Source: Mobula hypostoma (taxonomy: Eukaryota). Taken from it: a stretch of DNA of 64,000 nt. Positions 22,901 through 33,518 of this stretch are shown piece by piece (the stretch's first letter is position 1; each line of letters opens with the position of its first letter). Location: positions 17,918,001 to 17,982,000 of the forward strand of contig NC_086108.1 of the NCBI RefSeq assembly GCF_963921235.1, in the 5' to 3' direction. The notes under the pieces are model-generated. The model ran no database searches and was not told the origin of the DNA. It worked only from the letters and a program-made list of their open reading frames with translations. The position numbers and the translations under genes were made by a program.

Positions 22901-23618
22901 TAAACCTAAAAAAAACAGATTTGCCAGATTTGATTTCCCTTTTATAAATTCATGTTGATTCTGCCTATTCCTTCATTTGCTGCTTTTTAAAACGTATCTC
23001 CAATAATAATTGAAAATTAGAGTGAGAGACAAAAATTGAAGTTTAATTTTCAGTACAGGAGAGGTTACATGATAGTAATTAAAGCCTCAAGAGCCAATTT
23101 AAACAGAAAACTGAAATGAATAAGCCTTGACCTTCAGTAATGAGCTGGGTGTATAACTATTCTGGAAGTACAGTGAATTCTCACTGTTCATTATAGATGA
23201 ATGGGGAGCCAGAGAATGAAGCAGTACTTTCACACAGCTTATAGAGCAACAAGCCATCTCAGACATGGTACTTTTGGTGTCTGTGCTTATGTATGCATTT
23301 GCTCCCAGCTGAAGTTGTTGTCCACCTTGTGTAAAGAAAGGAAATTCTGATGAAAGGGGAAGGTATGCATTTAAAAGCCAAACACCAGCCATAGGTTAAG
23401 ATGTACATAAGCATCTTGGGGTTCACAGCTCACTGAGAGTGGCCAAACAAATAGACAATGTGGAAAATGGAAAATGGCAGCTTGCCTTCAATGGTTGGGG
23501 CATTGGATATAAGAGTCAAGAAGTCATGTTGCCTTATAAAGCCTCAGCATTACATCCTTGTGTTTATATTCTCATCCTCTCAAAATGAATGCTAACAGGT
23601 TTAATTAGCAGATTGGAG

Positions 23619-23698
23619 CAGTGTTTCCCAACCTGGGGTCCATAGACCCCTTGGTTAATGGTAGGGGTCCATGGCATAAAAAAGGTTGTGAACCCGTG
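23619..23698. mobile_element. ~80-bp hAT-type MITE
   Basis: TIR cagtgtttcccaacct / aggttgtgaacccgtg; flanks gattggag/gattaggg match 6 of 8. Confidence 0.75.
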
Positions 23699-24059
23699 GA
23701 TTAGGGGAAAATAATAGATATGATCCTGAAACAGAGTTTCAACCCAAAATGTCAACAATTCCTTCCCTCCCACAAACACTACTCAACTTACTGAGTTCCT
23801 CCCGAAGGTCATTTTGTGCTCCAGATTCTAGCATCTGCTGTCCCTTGTGTTTCCAGATCTGCTTGAACTTAAAGAAGACTTTGGATAAGATGCCACAAAA
23901 GAAGCTATTTATCAAAATTAAGGAATGCAGTATTGGCAGGGAACATTGAAGATAAAGGCAAAGGTTAGCTTTATTTGTTACATGTACATCAAAATGTTAA
24001 AACTTAAGGTGAAATGTGTTGTTTTGCGTCACCAACCGACACAGTCTAAGGAGTGTGCA

Positions 24060-24180
24060 AGTGTCAGTGCACTTCCAGCGCCAACATAGCATGCCCATAA
24101 CTCACTAACCCTAAACCTAACTGTACGTCTTTGGAATGTGGGAGCAAATCAAAGCACCCAAAGGAAACCCATGCAAGCTC
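24060..24180 (-). mobile_element. V-SINE-like fragment
   Basis: Reverse complement of the V-domain (cgtctttggaatgtgggag...ggaaacccatgc). Confidence 0.6.
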
Positions 24181-24329
24181 CTTAGGGGATCTAACCCCAA
24201 TTGGTGATTCCTAGCTCCATAATGTGATTGGGAAAACTACCATGCTTTCATGCAACCCAATATAATTATATTCATTGCAGTCCGTGGAACAGAAGAGAGT
24301 AGGAAGGAATAGATTATATTCTGTTTGGA

Positions 24330-24910
24330 AAACTATGACTGTAGTCCCTTCAGTTCACCATTGATGATTTGGATGAAGGGACTGTGTAATATGTCCAAGT
24401 TTGCTGATGACCCAATGCTGGTGAAAGTTTAGGTTGGAATGACGTTGCACAAAAGCTTCAGGAGGATATAGACAGGACATAAATAGGCAAAGGCACGGCG
24501 GGTGGAAACTTGTGAGGTGGGAAAAAAATAGAACAGGAGGAACATTGTGTAAATAGCGAGATAATGAAAGGTGTTGGTGTTCAGAGGGATCCAGACATCC
24601 TTATACACCAGTCATTGAATGATAACATTCAGATACAACAATAAGCAATGGGGCCAAAAGTATATTGCCCTATATCAGTGAAGAGTCTGATTACCAGTTA
24701 GAGACTTCTTGGAAGAGATGGGCAACAAGGTCAGCATGGACTTGATGGGCTGAAGAGCTTATTTCTGTAGTTTACAGCTCCATAACTGTATGAATATGTA
24801 CGCAGGCCACACCTGGAACATTGTGATGTACCGACAAGAGTGGGAACGCAGCGAAAGTTCACCTCATTGATATCTATTTTGGCTGGTTATCATATTAAGA
24901 TTGGGTCAAT
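24330..24910 (+). mobile_element. Highly decayed CR1 RT fragments
   Basis: gatgatttggatga...tccaagtttgctgatgac (DDLD..SKFADD). Confidence 0.65.
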
Positions 24911-24972
24911 CTGCTTCAGGGTTCAGAAATGGGACAGGTAATTTCATAGGGAAAAAAAGACTCTTTCAGAAT

Positions 24973-25957
24973 ATCAAAGTTGCTGGTGAACACAGCAGCC
25001 CAGGCAGCATCTCCAGGAAGAGGTACAGTCGAGGTTTCGGGCCGAGACCCCTCGTCAGGACTAACTGAAAGAAGAGCTATAAGAGATTTGAAAGTGGGAG
25101 GGGGAGGGGGAGATCCAAAATGATAGGAGAAGACAGGAGGAGGAGGAATGGAGACAAGAGCTGGACAGTTGATTGGCAAAAGGGATATGAAAGGATCATG
25201 GGACAGGTGGCCCAGGGAGAAAGAAAAGGGGGGGGAACCCAGAGGATGGGCAAGGGGTATAGTGAGAAGGACAGAGAGAGAAAAAGGAGAGAGAGAAAAA
25301 GAATGTGTGTATATAAATAAATAACCGATGGGGTACGGGGAGAGGTGGGGCAGTAGCGGAAGTTTCTGAAGTCAATGTTCATGCCATCAGGTTGGAGGCT
25401 ACCCAGATGGAATATAAGGTGTTGTTTCATGCCACCTTTCTGTCTCTATCTCTGGAGACAGCTTATCTACTGATGTCTACTATAAGCCTACTGACTCTCA
25501 CAGCTATCTGGACTATTCCTCTTCTCATCCTGTCTCTTGCAAAAATGCCATCCCCTTCTCGCAATTCCTCCATCTCCGCCGCATCTGTTCTCAGTGTGAG
25601 GCTTTTCATTCCAGGACGAGGGAGATGTCCTTTTTTAAAGAAAGAGGCTTCCCTTCCTCCACCATCAACTCTGCTCTCAAACGCATCTCCCCCATTTCAT
25701 GCACATCTGCCCTCACTCCATCCTCCCGCCGCCCCACTAGGAATAGGGTTCCCCTTGTCCTCACCTACCACCCCACCAGCTTCTGGGTCCAACATATAAT
25801 TCTCCGTAACTTCCGCCACCTCCAACGGGATCCCACCACTAAGCACATCTATCCCTCCCCCCCCCCCGCTTTCCGCAGTGATCGCTCCCTACGCGACTCC
25901 CTTGTCCATTCATCCCCCCCCATCCCTCCCCACCGATCTCCCTCCTGGCACTTATCC
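24973..25957. mobile_element. Penelope-like element fragment with inversion (minus part ~24973-25428, plus part ~25436-25957)
   Basis: Both parts align to the 33147-36145 element, in opposite orientations. Confidence 0.88.
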
Positions 25958-26514
25958 TTTATTACAGGAAAGGGCATACCAGCGTTCCTTGCATGAAAGC
26001 CGGTTATTCCAATAATCTTCCTCTCATTGGGGTTGCAGAGCAGGGCTGTGCTTTGCTTGTTCACTCTACCAGAACTCTGAGTGGCTCAGTGAGTGAGTGA
26101 GTAGTCTGCTCTCAGTTGGAGGGCTTAGACTTGGGTGAAATATGAGCTGCCATGCAGGCAGTGCAATGATAAATGGGAGACATTTCTTTCTACGTGATAA
26201 TGCATTCACACTTCATCAGGCACTCCTGCAGCCTCCTTTAATGGCAGCGCACTCAGTTAGCATTTACCAGACGGGACTGGTAGTGTGCATGTGTGGCGTG
26301 CATGTGTGTGACATAGAAAGAGAGAGAGAGAGATAGACGGAGGAAAAGAAATCCAAATCAGTCACCTTCTGTTGCTGCTCCTTCAGCTTTTGCTTTTCCC
26401 GGGAAAATCTTCCCACATCTGACTCTTCTGTGCTTTGTAGTGAACTAAGTTCTCTGCTCTGAGTCAGGAGGTCTAGCGTTAAATGCCTAGTCCTGACACC
26501 GTTGTTGAGTTGGA

Positions 26515-26820
26515 ACAGTACAGCGTAGAAACAGGCCCTTTGGCCCACCACATCGGTGCCAACCATTATGCCTATCTATACGAATCCACTTGCCTGCATC
26601 AATTCCATATTCCTCTCTGCCTCGCTCATTTAAGTACCTATCCAGATGCCTCTTAAATGCTGTTACTGTTCCTGCCTGTGCCACCTCCTTCGTCTGCTCA
26701 TTCCAAATACCACTACTCTTTGTGTGAAAATTTTTTCTCTCGAATTCCTTTTAAACTTCTTTGCTCCACTTTAAACTACATTCCCTTGTTTTATACACCA
26801 CACCAAGAAAAACAGACTGT
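26515..26820 (-). mobile_element. CR1 3' fragment
   Basis: AFKRHLDRYLN followed by CR1-type 3' UTR. Confidence 0.75.
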
Positions 26821-26839
26821 ATGTCCCACTGCTTTAACA

Positions 26840-27470
26840 GTGATAAACTTTCCTCTTGTTATTACTTACCACCCCACGAGCCTCCGCATCCAACACCTCT
26901 GCAATTTCCGCCATCTCCAAAGGGATCCGAACACCAAACATATCTTTACCTCCCCCCTCGCTCCACTTTTGGCAGGGATTGCTCCCTCTGTAATTCCTTT
27001 GTCCATTCGCCCCTCCCCATCTCCCTCCTGGCACTTATCCCCGCAAGTGGCCAAAATGCTACATTTTGTACCAAATGCTACATGAGGGAATTCACCTCTT
27101 CCCTCACCTCCATTCAGGGCCCCAAACAGTCCTTCCAGGTGAAGCAACACTTCGCCTGTGAATTCTCTGGGATCGTCTTTGTCTCCTGTGCTTCTGATGT
27201 GTCTTCCTCTACATTAATGAGACTGGTTGTAAATAGGGAGACTGTTTCATCGAGCACCTCCACTCCATCTGCCAGAAGTGGAATTTCCTGGTGGCCAAGC
27301 ATTTTAATTCCCATTCTGACATGTCCCATGGGCTCCTCGTGCCAAGGTAAAGGTGGAGGAGCAGCACCTCATATTCTGTCTGGGTAGCCTCCAACCTGAC
27401 AGTATGAATATCGATTTCTCCTTCTGGTTTAAAAAAAAAATTCCCTGCCCCTCCCATCTATTCCCCACTC
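26840..27470 (+). mobile_element. Older Penelope-like GIY-YIG region fragment
   Basis: PLVITYHPTSLRIQH, IQGPKQSFQVKQHF, LGSLQPDSMNIDFS. Confidence 0.8.
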
Positions 27471-27472
27471 TC

Positions 27473-27910
27473 ACACGAGGAATTCTGCAGATGCTGGAAA
27501 TTCAAGCAACACACATCAAAGTTGCTGGTGAACGCAGCAGGCCAGGCAGCATCTCTAGGAAGAGGTACAGTCTACGTTTCAGGCCGAGACCCTTTGTCAG
27601 GACTAACTGAAGGAAGAGCTAGTAAGAGATTTGAAAGTGGGAGGGGGAGGGGGAGGGGGAGATCCAAAATGTTAGGAGAAGACAGGAGGGGGAGGGATGG
27701 AGCCAAGAGCTGGACAGGTGATTGGCAAAAGGGATATGAGAGGATCATGGGACAGGAGGCCCAGGGAGAAGGGAAAGGAGAAGGGAAAGGGGGAGGGGAG
27801 GAAAAGCCAGAGGATGAGCAAGGGACAGAGGGAGAAAAAGGAGAGTGAGAAAAGAATGCGTGTATATAAATAACGGATGGGGTACGAGGGGGAGGTGGGG
27901 CATTAGGGAA
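27473..27910 (-). mobile_element. Penelope-derived 3' terminal fragment; hammerhead core mutated
   Basis: Reverse match to 35710-36145; core reads CTGACAA. Confidence 0.88.
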
Positions 27911-28833
27911 GAAAAACATATTGATTCAGTAAAAATTAAGTAAGTATTTTATCAATGGATTTCTACCAGTTTATACTTTCCACTATTATCTCTTGACCTT
28001 TAACATCAACCTTCCAACATGACCTCTTTCCATAAGCTCACTGCATCTTCCCTGCACCAAGACACTAAACTCTCCCACTGACTTGAAAGACCAGTGTTTC
28101 TCGGTTGTATTTCTCTGCAGGCAGGCAGCAGAGGTGTCTCACTTAAACTGTTACCGACACACCTCTGTATTGCCTGGCCCTGCTAATCCAGGCAGACGAG
28201 ATGGGCAAATATATTTGCCATAACACAAAATAAAGACCCCCCAGTAAATTAATGACATCAGTCAATGGTCTGCTGGGGCAGCTTTGCAAATACTGGCTCT
28301 AGCTCAGCCTAAGATACCGTCTAGAATTCAGACCCTCAATGACATGGAAGCAATCCACAATTCTCTTCACAACACCACCACACTCCTGACCTCCACCCCA
28401 CTGCCTCGAGCTCCCACCCTCACCCTGATGAGCTTTTGTTTTGGTTCCATGTTTTTCTGTATTAAGACCTGGTGAAAGGTGGTGTAATATTCTGCACAGG
28501 TAGTATTTTATGTAGTAACAGCCAATAATCTAAATGTTCTGAAAAAAACTGTCAAAGCAGCAGGCTCATTTTCAGTCACTCACCATCTTTCTGCAACTTA
28601 CCGCTCACGCTCACTGCTCACACCCAAGCCCTTCAAATCCACGTATCCAAGCTCATCCCTGGAGATGAGTTGTTTAACCAATGATCCATTGTCCCTTGAT
28701 AGTCATCAGCCAGTTTCATCCCAGACTGTATAAAATTTGTCTTTTTTTCCACAGGGAATTAATTCTATAACGTCTTTGTAAACACCAATATTTCAGTTCA
28801 CATCAGTGGCTGTCTTGAGTCTCAGACGAATCT

Positions 28834-29056
28834 TCACCATTTTACTGGGGCTACATGGCCGACTCCTGTGTTATGACCATTCGACCGGGAGCGCACATGT
28901 TTCTTGGTTCTAGGTGAAGCAAATCCTTCAGGAGTTCCGACCACAGAGCTTTTATTAAACTGTCTTCTTCTTTTTGGCAGTTTCTTCTTTTTGGCAGAAT
29001 CAGGCATGTTGCTGACGTACTTAAACAATTCCCTCAGGGCATCCTCGGTCCGCTGC
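28834..29056 (-). pseudogene. ARHGAP19: Fragment resembling the C-terminal region of Rho GTPase-activating protein 19
   Basis: QRTEDALRELFKYVSNMPDSAKKKKL(PKRR)RQFNKS...KKHVRSRS resembles the remembered vertebrate ARHGAP19 segment HTEEALRELFQHVHDMPESAKKKQLIRQFNKQ...RARSRS; recognised from memory, not searched. Confidence 0.72.
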
Positions 29057-29080
29057 TATGTATGAAATAAACTATGAAAT

Positions 29081-29162
29081 AACTATGAAATAAGCTACCA
29101 GTTAAGGATAAAATTATATGCTAAACTTTGACTGGAAAACTTAACTAAATTATAGGAAGAAA
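29081..29162 (+). repeat. 82-bp direct repeat, copy 1
   Basis: 81/82 identical to 31346-31427. Confidence 0.95.
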
Positions 29163-29665
29163 GCAGAAGTTGGAGAAGTCAATGTTCATGCCATCAGGTT
29201 GGAGGCTACCCAGACGGAATATAAGGTGTTGTTCCTCCAACCTGAGTGTGGCTTCATCTTTACAGTAGAGGAGGCCGTGGATATACATGTCAGAAAGGGA
29301 ATGGGATGTGGAATTAAAATGTGTGGCCACTGGGAGATCCTAAATATTCCCCACTCTGGCCTTTTACCTCTTCTCACCTGCCTAATATCTCCTCCTGGGT
29401 CCCCTCCTCCTTCCCTTTATCCTATGGTACACTGATCTCTCCTATCAGATTCCTTCCTCTCCAGCCCTTTGCCTTTCCTACCCACATATCACGTATCACC
29501 ATTTTGCTATCCTCCTTCCCGTCCCCTCCACCTTTTTATTCTGGTGTCTTTCCCCTTCCTTTCCAGTCCTGAAGAAGCGTCTCAGCTGACTGGAAATGTC
29601 GACTGTTTATTCATTTCCATCGATGCTGCCTGACCTGCAGAGTTCCTCCAGCATTTTGTGTGTGT
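29163..29665. mobile_element. Penelope-like fragments (minus ~29163-29340, plus ~29345-29665)
   Basis: ATHFNSTSHS..LGSLQPDGMNIDFSNF on minus; decayed 3' terminal repeat on plus. Confidence 0.8.
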
Positions 29666-29669
29666 TTGT

Positions 29670-30320
29670 CTATCTACCCTACTTATGACTGTCATAATTT
29701 TATATACCTCTATCATGTCACCTCTCAGTCTCCTTCACTCCAAGGAAAACAGACCCTGGCTGTGTAATCTCTCCTTGTAAATCAAGCCTTCAAATCCAGG
29801 CAATGTTCTTGTGAAACTTTTCTGCAAGCTCTCTAGTTTAACCAAGCTTAACTGAGTGTGCAGATCAGAACTATACACAGTACTTCAAGTGTAGCCTAAC
29901 TCATTGTTCATGCAACTGCAACATAATGTTCCAATTCTTTACTCAGTGCCTCGACTGATGAAAGCTAATATGTCAAACACTTTCATCACTTTTCTGTCTA
30001 TTTGTGTTGACATTTTTGAGGAACTAAGCACATGTACCCGTGGGCTCTCTGTTCAACAACACTCCCCAGGGCTCTGTCTTTCAATGTGTATGTTGTGAAC
30101 TGGCTTATCTTACCAAAATGTATCATGTTGCACTTGCCTGAGTTTAATTCCATCAGCCATTCAGACCACTTTCCCATTTGATCTAGATTCTGTTGTAACC
30201 TAAGACAAAGTTCTTTATTGTCCTCTGTGCTACCAGTTTTAGTGTCATTCAAACTTACTAATCATGTCAGTATAGATGAGCAGCTTGACAGGCATGGACT
30301 TATTGGGCTGAAGGGTCTGA
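29670..30320 (-). mobile_element. Decayed CR1 RT fragments
   Basis: LQQNLDQMGKW...KCNMIHFG...ALGSVVEQR. Confidence 0.7.
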
Positions 30321-30733
30321 TTCCATGGTGTATCGTTCGACAACTCTGTGACATGTGAAGCAGATAGTGAGTTTGTAAATCTGGAGGGAGCAAAGGATGC
30401 TAGCAATGGTGAGGGTGGAGCACTGTGGGAGCGGTGTGTGATAGGTGGCAGAGAAGGAATGCTGGGGTGGAGTTGTTGCATATGCAGACACATCTAGCCC
30501 TGAGACACCAGGCAAGGTAAGGCTGATTCCAAGCAATTGGTTTACTGATCATTACAATATGGTTCTTCCCACTCCCTGCCCTTTCCCCAACCATGATACA
30601 ACTCACCCTGCCCCCTTCCCACTCTCAATCCCAATAGAGCCCCATGTCAGAATCAGGTCTAGCATCTCTCACATATGCCATGAAATTTGTTTATTTTTAC
30701 TGCAGCAGGACGGTGGAATACATAAAATTACTG

Positions 30734-31021
30734 TAGTACTGTGCAAAAGTGTTAGGCACCCTAGCTCTATATTGAATGAGTTTCCAGTAGAAGTGGCAGA
30801 AGCAGGCTCGATATTGTCATTTGAAGTAAAATTAGATAGCTATATGGACAGGAAAGGAATGAAGGGTTATGGGCTGAGTGCAGGTCAGTGGGACTAGGTG
30901 AGAGTAAGCATTTGGCATGGACTAGAAGGGCCAGGATCGCCTGTTTCTGTGCTGTAATTGTTATATGGTTATTATATGGTTTTATATATATATATACCTA
31001 AGACTTTTGCACAATATTGTA
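30734..31021. mobile_element. Tc1-type palindromic MITE split by a CR1 3' end (~30772-30981, plus)
   Basis: agtactgtgcaaaagtgttagg ... cctaagacttttgcacaatattgta inverted repeats around a TA-rich centre; insert encodes FEVKLDSYMD...GQWD. Confidence 0.7.
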
Positions 31022-31109
31022 AGCTGAAGTTTATTATTCTAGTTTTGATATCCTGTTTAAAATACTCCAGAATTTTACCCCAGTTAATCAGTGACGTTTT
31101 ACTGCTACT

Positions 31110-31305
31110 GCATGTAAGGAATTTGTATGCTGTCCCTGTGACCACACCTGTTTCCTCCAGATGCTCCGCTTTCCTCCCACAGTCCAAAGATTTACTGTGT
31201 CATGATTATGTTAAGGTTAAATTGAGGGTTGCTGGGCGGAGCGGAGAAAGGGCCTACTCCACACTGTATCTCAAGAAATATAAATAAACAGATAAATAAA
31301 TAAAT
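31110..31305 (+). mobile_element. V-SINE fragment
   Basis: tttcctcccacagtccaaaga domain and (taaa)n tail. Confidence 0.7.
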
Positions 31306-31345
31306 GGATTGACCAATGTAAGCAGGCTGTTTACCGCTGACTAAC

Positions 31346-31427
31346 AACTATGAAATAAGCTACCAGTTAAGGATAAAATTATATGCTAAACTTTGACTGG
31401 AAAATTTAACTAAATTATAGGAAGAAA
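31346..31427 (+). repeat. 82-bp direct repeat, copy 2
   Basis: 81/82 identical to 29081-29162. Confidence 0.95.
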
Positions 31428-32194
31428 TCAACCCTTAAATTCTAGCACTTATGCAAATCCTTCATTAATATTCTGTTTAAGTAGTAATCTATGGAAATCT
31501 GCTGCTAAAAGGAGGAGGGGTTAGATGGAATAACTGATGTGTAGCATTGGCTGGAAAACACTCTGAGGGTTAGTGTTTAGATAGCTGCAAGTTACTGGCA
31601 GCTTGGATTGATGGGAATGTCATGTCAGACGGTTCTATAAAACCCGAATCCTACAACACTGCAGATCTCCTCCTGAACTACCATGGATTTGTATCTAATT
31701 TTGATTTTTACTCTAAAGCCTTGTTTTGCAGTCTTTTTTTTACTATCTTGTATAATTTATGTACAGTTTACGAATAATTTATATTTCGTATGTTGTCTGA
31801 ATCTCTGTGCCTGCGATGCTGCTGCAAGCAAGTCTTTCATTGTACCTGTCGTTCATTGTCCTTGTGAACGTGACAATTGACTTGACCTTGAGGAGGTGAG
31901 ATGGAGCATTGCACAAGGTGTGTGGATCTTAATAAGATACTTGTCAAGGTTTAGCATGTTCGGGACAATTAAAGCCCTTGGATTCCAGTGAAAGGTGATG
32001 AATTGGTCCAATGGTTGAAAGAAAAAGGTTGTCAATGACTTGAGAGCTGAGTACAGATGGATGGTGCAGGAGTTGACAGTAGAATGGAGACTGCAGAAGC
32101 TGGAATCTGAAGCAACAAATAACATGTGGAAACAAAATCAGATCAGAATCTGTTTTAGTAACACTGGCATATGCAGTCTTCAGTCTCTACCTAT

Positions 32195-32480
32195 ACGTTG
32201 GGAGCTGAAGTACAGCCAGGTGATCAAACTTTCCAAAAGTGTAGGCATGGGATGGCACAGTAAGTGCTCTTAATAGTGGTAGAGCAGTGATGAGATGTGT
32301 TGCCTCCTCTCGTCCACAGTTAAATTGTTGGTGGTAGTCGTTCAGAGACTTCTTCAAACTGGCCTGGTTGAAACCCCCTGCAATAATCAGGAGGTCATCA
32401 GGGTGTGCTGTTTTGTGCCTGCTGATTACACTTCTCACTTCGTCCAGTGCCTGCCTGAAGTTGGCCTGAGGTGAAATGTC
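32195..32480 (-). mobile_element. Rex1-type LINE endonuclease fragment
   Basis: IIAGGFNQASLK...FGKFDHLAVLQLPTYR. Confidence 0.7.
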
Positions 32481-33147
32481 TGAGGTCTGAGGATGTGCTG
32501 GGGGCAACCCACAAGTGTCACCATGCTTCTGGTGCCAACATAGGATACCAACAGCTTACTAACCCTTGCTAACCAGTACGTCTTTGGACAGTGGGAGGAA
32601 ACCTACACAGTCACGGGGAGAATGTACAAATTCTTTATAGGCAGTGTTGGGAATCGAATGCTGATATCTGTCATCGTAAAGTGTTACGCAAACCTCTATG
32701 CAACTGTGCCATGTAATGTACTGTGCTAACTACTATGCTACCGTAGTAGATGGACAAGTATTGGTGGTTATTGGATCAGGTGGGAATCGATCTGTGATCC
32801 AGGAGCAGATGAGTGAAAGAAAGTAACCCGATTTAAAATAAGACAGGTTGGTCCCTCTTTCCTGCCCACCATCCACACCCCCACTCCACTGAGCCCAACC
32901 ATCTACTAAGCAAGTCATGTTTCATTAAAAACATTCCCGTTTGAAATTCATTTCAATTTAAAAACTCAGTAGGGGTTTCTATCTGTTCCATTTCTCCCAC
33001 TTGATTCCAAATGCTGGCTCTGTCTCCTCTTGCATAACAGGCATGAAACAGTTCCCCTTGCTCTCTTAAACCTGCACTCTTGTGTATTTTTTTCAGTTGA
33101 ATTAATCGATAGCAGGTAGCTGAGACGAGACACAGCATACATTTTGT

Positions 33148-33518
33148 GTCTCCCCTTCCCCCACCACCACTCCGCAGCCCTGTCTTCCTCAGATCCCACC
33201 GTCAACTCCTGGGCCCTCAGTGGCTCCATCTTCCTCTCACCCCAACCCTCCCCTCTCCACTGACACCCCCAGCCTCCCCCCTCCCCCCTCTGATCCCAGC
33301 TCTCAAGACTCCAGCCTTGAACTCCAGGCCGGGTCTTTATGTACTGCTGTTGTGACTCCCGTCTCCCCTTCCCCCACCAATACTCTGCAATCCCGTCTCC
33401 CTCAGATCCCACCGTCAGCTCCTGGGCCCTCAGAGGCTCCATTTTCCTCTCACCCCAACCCTCCCCTCTCCATTGACACACCCAGCCTCCCCCCTCCCCC
33501 CTCTGATCCCAGCTCTCA
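33148..33518 (+). repeat. Two ~158-bp C-rich repeats (period 213) at the PLE 5' end
   Basis: 33148-33305 aligns with 33361-33518. Confidence 0.88.

Noticed and set aside
24916..25430. Recurrent short ORFs such as VSPDEGSRPETSTVPLP seen at many positions
   Set aside because: They are translations of the non-coding PLE 3' repeat and its hammerhead region, not a gene family.
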